Below are positions 59,759-64,000 of a stretch of 64,000 nt of DNA, in pieces. The stretch is from Daphnia carinata (Eukaryota), in assembly GCF_022539665.2 (NCBI RefSeq), contig NC_081333.1, positions 11,594,001 through 11,658,000 of the forward strand, given 5' to 3'. The first letter of the stretch is position 1, and every line of letters begins with the position of its first letter. Position numbers and translations under genes: made by a program. The notes beneath the pieces were generated by a model. It was not told the origin of the DNA and made no database searches. It saw nothing but the letters and a program-made list of their open reading frames with translations.

Positions 59759-60401
59759 CTTTCCCCCATTCCCGAACGTTGTTCGCCGCGCATCTATGAA
59801 TAGAAAAGGAAGAAGAAAAAAAAAGAAAAAAAAATGGTCGCCTATATTTCCGCGTCTTTTTGCGGGATTGCCATAGGCATGGTCCGCGTTGCCTGTCTGT
59901 TTGAATAAGTGAGGGACATGTTCCGCTTTTCTTCGTCCGCCTTGCGTTCGTCTCTTTTTTTTTTAGAATCCGCCTTTTTTGGAGGCTACTGCGTCATTGT
60001 CGAACGGAGCTGAAAAAACATCCGTGTTGTCTATCTCAGCTTTCTTTCATGCCTATGTCTATATACACCTTGAATCCCCGGCAAATATCAAGAAAGAATT
60101 GAGCATCGATCGATTGACTTCCTTGCGCATACTCGAGGCCACCCAATATAATGGATTTGGATTTCTTTCTTCTTTTTTTTTTATTTCGTTTTTTTTTTTT
60201 TTTTTTTTTTTTTTATATTTGTTCACGTTGGGAAATGTGGCAATCCAATCACAAGGCGGCCATCCGTGGGTGTAATTTTGAAATAGGAGCAGCGTGAATC
60301 TTGATGCGCGCCACCCATTTTGAGCGGCAAAGTCATAAAACAGTTAAGAGCTATAGCGCAAATAAAGCTTCTGCGACCTTCCGTTTCCCCCCCCCCCCCC
60401 C

Positions 60402-60432
<31 letters not shown>

Positions 60433-63400
60433 ATTCCGTAGTGGTTCTTTATGCTCTTAAGTCTTCGCAGCCGACTGGCCCCCGAAGTGTAATGAAATGA
60501 AGCCAATCGTCTTGATGAAGCAACTCGCTCGAAAAAGAAAGGCGAAAGTTGTACGCGCGTTTGCACTTGCCACATCTTGCGACGAGTTGCCCACATTCCG
60601 AGACACGTTTGTTTTTGTTTTTTTTTTTTTTCCCTTGCTTGCCCGTCTTAAGCGACTATTCCGCCTTGACGTAAATAATCAAGAGATCAACTAATAAACA
60701 AAACGAAAGGCGCCCGTGAACGCACCGACTTTCCGTTTGGCATTTTTCTCATTTTTCTTCGTTTGTTTATTTAATCAATTGAATTTATGTTGTTTTCACA
60801 ATTGGAATGCTGATGAAAGTTTATTTTTTGTTTTTTTTTTGTTTCTTTTTTTGTTTTTTTTTTATTTATCCATTGGTTTGAACCCTTGCCTTGCATCCTG
60901 ACGTGCTTGAAAAAATGTATATATATATCGGGACGTGATTTGATGATGACGCCGTTTGCTGCTTCACCGCTTTCTCACGCCCGAAAAACAAAATTTCAAT
61001 CGACTCTTGTGCCGTCACCTCCGTTCACCAATGACACAGACATGAGGTGCCGGTAGAGTCGAAGGTTATCGAAATTGTTCATCAAGATGACGACATAATC
61101 GTGATCGATAAGCCGTGCTCTGTACCGGTACGTACCGTTTATCTTAAACAAATTCGGTTTCGAATACCATTTTTCTTGTTGTTGTTGATCTTTCCCTAGA
61201 AAATGTTTTAGTTCTAAACCTTTCTTTTTTTTTTTTTTTATCCCGATGCAATTTTTTTTAAATCTCTATTTTCTAAAGTGGATTATTTTATATTTATTCG
61301 GTTGTTTTGTGACTTGTGTTCGCCAACTGCGGTTCCTTCCGTTCTCGTCTTGAACATTTTTTATGGCCGGAGAACGTCATTGGCCTCTTGGATTTGACGA
61401 TAAGAGCAAAAGACGATGAAACCCCTCCATCCACCCTCAACTCGTACTCTGTTAACGTCTCAATTCCGGTGCGAGGTTTTCTTTTCTCGACGACATGCGA
61501 TTCCAGTGGAAACATATCCATTACGGAAAATTGGATCGTCAAGTCCTGTTCCACTTTGACTAGGTGGAACGCTCGATTGCCTTGCTCGTTTTTTATTTTT
61601 TTTTATTTATTTATTTATTTATTTATTTTTTTTTTTTTTCCTATTCCGTGTATGTACGCAGCCACTTGGGGGGAGAGGGGGGGGGGGGATGATGTTGTTA
61701 TTCTTTGCTGGGACTTAGGCGTAGCGCTGGGGAATGAGGAAGAGATTTTTCGGCGGATAGGAGAGAGGGCCCAATCTTTGGTTCGTGCACGTGCTTCATC
61801 GAAAGATGATTGTACCAGGTTGCACACGCCTTGTTTTTGTTTGAGTCTCAATTTTTTCTTTTCCTTTTTGATACATTTTCCTTCTCCTGTGTCCTTACAC
61901 CATGGCCTTACCGTTCATGCTTTTTATTTCCCCTCTACATTTTTTTTTTATTTCCGCTATTTGCCAAGGCTTTTTTTTTTTTTTTCCTGGTTCGTCTTAT
62001 TGCCATCCAATACTTAACTGGCTGTACGTATTTTGCAATTTCCCCATCCTTTCCGTGTTTGTTTGATACGCCACCTTGTCTGTTTTTTTTTGTGTATGTG
62101 GTGTGGGTTAACGTCATCCGCGGCTCAATCGTTCCAAATTCCGGGTAGTTGGGGGGGGGGGGGGGGGGGAGTGCAATAACACACACTTTAATCAGACATG
62201 TACAATTTGAATTCCAAACAGCAGATGATGCCCGTCTTTTTTTTTTATTATTTTTTTTTTTTTATACTATGCGTGTGCGCATCTATTTGGCCGGGCCGTG
62301 CGGCAGCTGCTTTCAATATTGGATTGGGGATGATTTCCAAACCGATCGTAGTAGAAGAGAGGGAAGAGCAATCGATTGAGCTAAAAAGTCGACTATTGAT
62401 GTAGTTTCATTTGATAGCTGAACCCAATAACATCGGAATCGTGGAACGATTAGCTGCGGATCGGCGATACGGACGCTTTCTCATTTCCCACTGCCCGAAT
62501 TTCCTCTTATTGAAGAAAAAAGAAAATGTACTTTTGATGTTCAACTGGCCTTTAACTAGTCCGCATTTCCGGATGGCGCGTGTGTGTGTTTCTTATTTAG
62601 GTTCATCCGTGCGGTCGATACCGTCACAATGCGGTGGCTTTCATCTTAGCCAAGGAACACAACTTGCGTAACTTGCGGACGATCCATCGGCTAGATCGGC
62701 TCACGTCGGGACTGTTAATGTTCGGCCGGAACCAGGAGAAAGCCCGACAGATGGAAGTGCAGATCCGCACGCGCCTCGTCTCCAAGGAGTACGTCTGCAG
62801 AGTTGGAGGCGAATTCCCGAGGTAATTTTTCACGGCTGCACAATTTTCCTTGACACGCTCTTGTCTTTTCCTTCATCATTCTTTACAACCTTGTTCTCAT
62901 TCTGATATGAATTGCTTACCAAAGTGCTTCGACAGAGGCCTTCTGATGTAGCAGACACACTCTATATGAAACTCGTCCATAATGAAAGCACAAGAGCCTG
63001 ATTGTTAAGCCGGCCAGCCCGTTTTTAATGTTTGATTGTTGATTGATTTCATAGTGGCCACATCGTATGCATCGAACCGATCGAGGTGGTCAGCTATAAG
63101 ATCGGCGTTTGTCGCGTCTCCCCGAAAGGCAAGGACTGCCGGACAGAGTTCGAGCGGCTCTCCTACAATGGCAAGACGAGCGTCGTTCTCTGCAAGCCCC
63201 ACACTGGTCGGATGCACCAGATCAGAGTTCATCTGCAGTACCTCGGTGAGTATAAAGAGAAATTCACGACCCATCTCCAGGGAGTCAGCAAAGGAGGGGA
63301 GGGGGGAGGGTATCGGACGGTTGGACGGACGGACCGACTTACTTTTACTCAACAAAAACGCGCACGCTCGTTGTTAATTGGATACGAGGTCTTCTCAGTC

Positions 63401-64000
63401 GTGATCACAAGAGCAATTGGATCACTGGATGTTTAGTCATTCAGTTAGAGTGACCTGCCCTTCTTAAGGGACTTGCACTTAGTTAACGTCCAAGTTAAAC
63501 AATACGGCAAGTCGACTTTTAACGAAGGACGTTCCGTTCTTCATTAGCTTTACGTGGCCCATTTTCTGTCCATTGGACTCACCTGTCTCCACTCAATATC
63601 ACGCAAAACGGGAAGCCTGGACGTTCAATTTTTTCAATTAAACTTGTGAAGAGGAGGGTAGCTCACAGATAACCTTTCGCATCTTTAGTGGCCTATTATG
63701 TGGAAGAGCATCATCAATTTTTGTTGCATAGATGAATATCTTTAACGATGCCATATTGATTTTGCCCTGCAGGATATCCGATAGCAAACGATCCGTTGTA
63801 CAATCATGTTGTCTTCGGACCGGAGAAAGGCAAAGATGGCAACATTGGAAAGACGGATGAAGAATTGATTCACGATTTGATCTCGATCCATAACGCGGAA
63901 AATTGGCTCGGTGGTGAAGGCGATGACTTTGCCCCCAATTTCTTCAGCGGCGTCATACCACCGGAAGCAACCGGTGTAGCAACTCCATCCAGCAGCTCTG
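33301..64000 (+). CDS. RPUSD2: RNA pseudouridylate synthase domain-containing protein 2 (RluA family; Drosophila RluA-1/2-like), 3' end beyond window
   Basis: Exons 33301-33753 (His/Ala-rich 1b), 40659-40799, 41247-41334, 56880-57001, 57563-57663, [58120-58207 or 61040-61127], 62601-62821, 63055-63245, 63773->64000, all phase-compatible GT-AG. Motifs: [55 protein letters not shown], [16 protein letters not shown], catalytic [46 protein letters not shown]. Confidence 0.93.
41548..41573. repeat. (TG)n microsatellite
   Basis: About 13 uninterrupted TG units. Confidence 0.9.
45121..45168. repeat. (GA)n microsatellite
   Basis: About 24 uninterrupted GA units followed by an A run. Confidence 0.95.
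58120..58207 (+). CDS. RPUSD2: RPUSD2 mutually exclusive exon A (88 nt)
   Basis: GCAG|ACACGAG...GTCCCT|GTAAGT; encodes (R)[29 protein letters not shown]. Confidence 0.85.
61040..61127 (+). CDS. RPUSD2: RPUSD2 mutually exclusive exon B (88 nt)
   Basis: ACAG|ACATGAG...GTACCG|GTACGT; encodes (R)[29 protein letters not shown]. Confidence 0.87.

Noticed and set aside
60108..60122. Intronic DRLTS peptide matching part of the catalytic HRLDRLTSG motif
   Set aside because: A five-residue match with no flanking similarity or suitable splice sites; consistent with chance.
61491..61559. [21 protein letters not shown] resembles a third copy of the exclusive exon
   Set aside because: Wrong length, no AG acceptor or GT donor at the expected positions, and no DD..VxKP core. 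It could be a decayed copy but cannot be supported.
34300..62400. Many 60-230 aa ORFs rich in poly-Phe or poly-Lys, including 61316-62017 and 56218-56742
   Set aside because: Translations of intronic poly-T/poly-A tracts with no recognisable domains or coherent exon structure.
1..64000. CRISPR arrays, rRNA, tRNA or autonomous transposase/reverse-transcriptase genes
   Set aside because: No regularly spaced repeat-spacer array, structural RNA signature or transposase/RT motif was seen; the sequence is intron-containing animal DNA.

Overview
Eukaryotic arthropod genomic DNA. The ~60-70 bp introns, the flightin gene and the general gene style point to a branchiopod crustacean such as Daphnia (inference). 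The first ~30 kb is gene-dense and contains, in order: the 3' end of a PHOSPHO1/2-type phosphatase, a divergent Na+-coupled SLC4 bicarbonate transporter, a FAMeT+DM9 protein, BBS9 and Nup93 head-to-head, flightin with a tandem WYR-domain paralog, two tandem CARHSP1 copies and DNAL4. A ~775 bp foldback/MITE lies in the divergent intergenic region between DNAL4 and RPUSD2. The remaining ~34 kb is one RPUSD2/RluA-type pseudouridine synthase gene with very large, homopolymer-rich introns, running off the window end. This gene is the most interesting object here. It has two candidate alternative first exons (a mitochondrial-presequence-like one and a poly-His/Gln/Ala one) and a pair of duplicated 88-nt mutually exclusive exons encoding the entry to the catalytic domain, both with long AG-free upstream zones. 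It also has a candidate recursive splice site almost exactly at the midpoint of its 15.5 kb intron. All gene models were assembled by hand from splice signals and recalled protein motifs; no searches were run.
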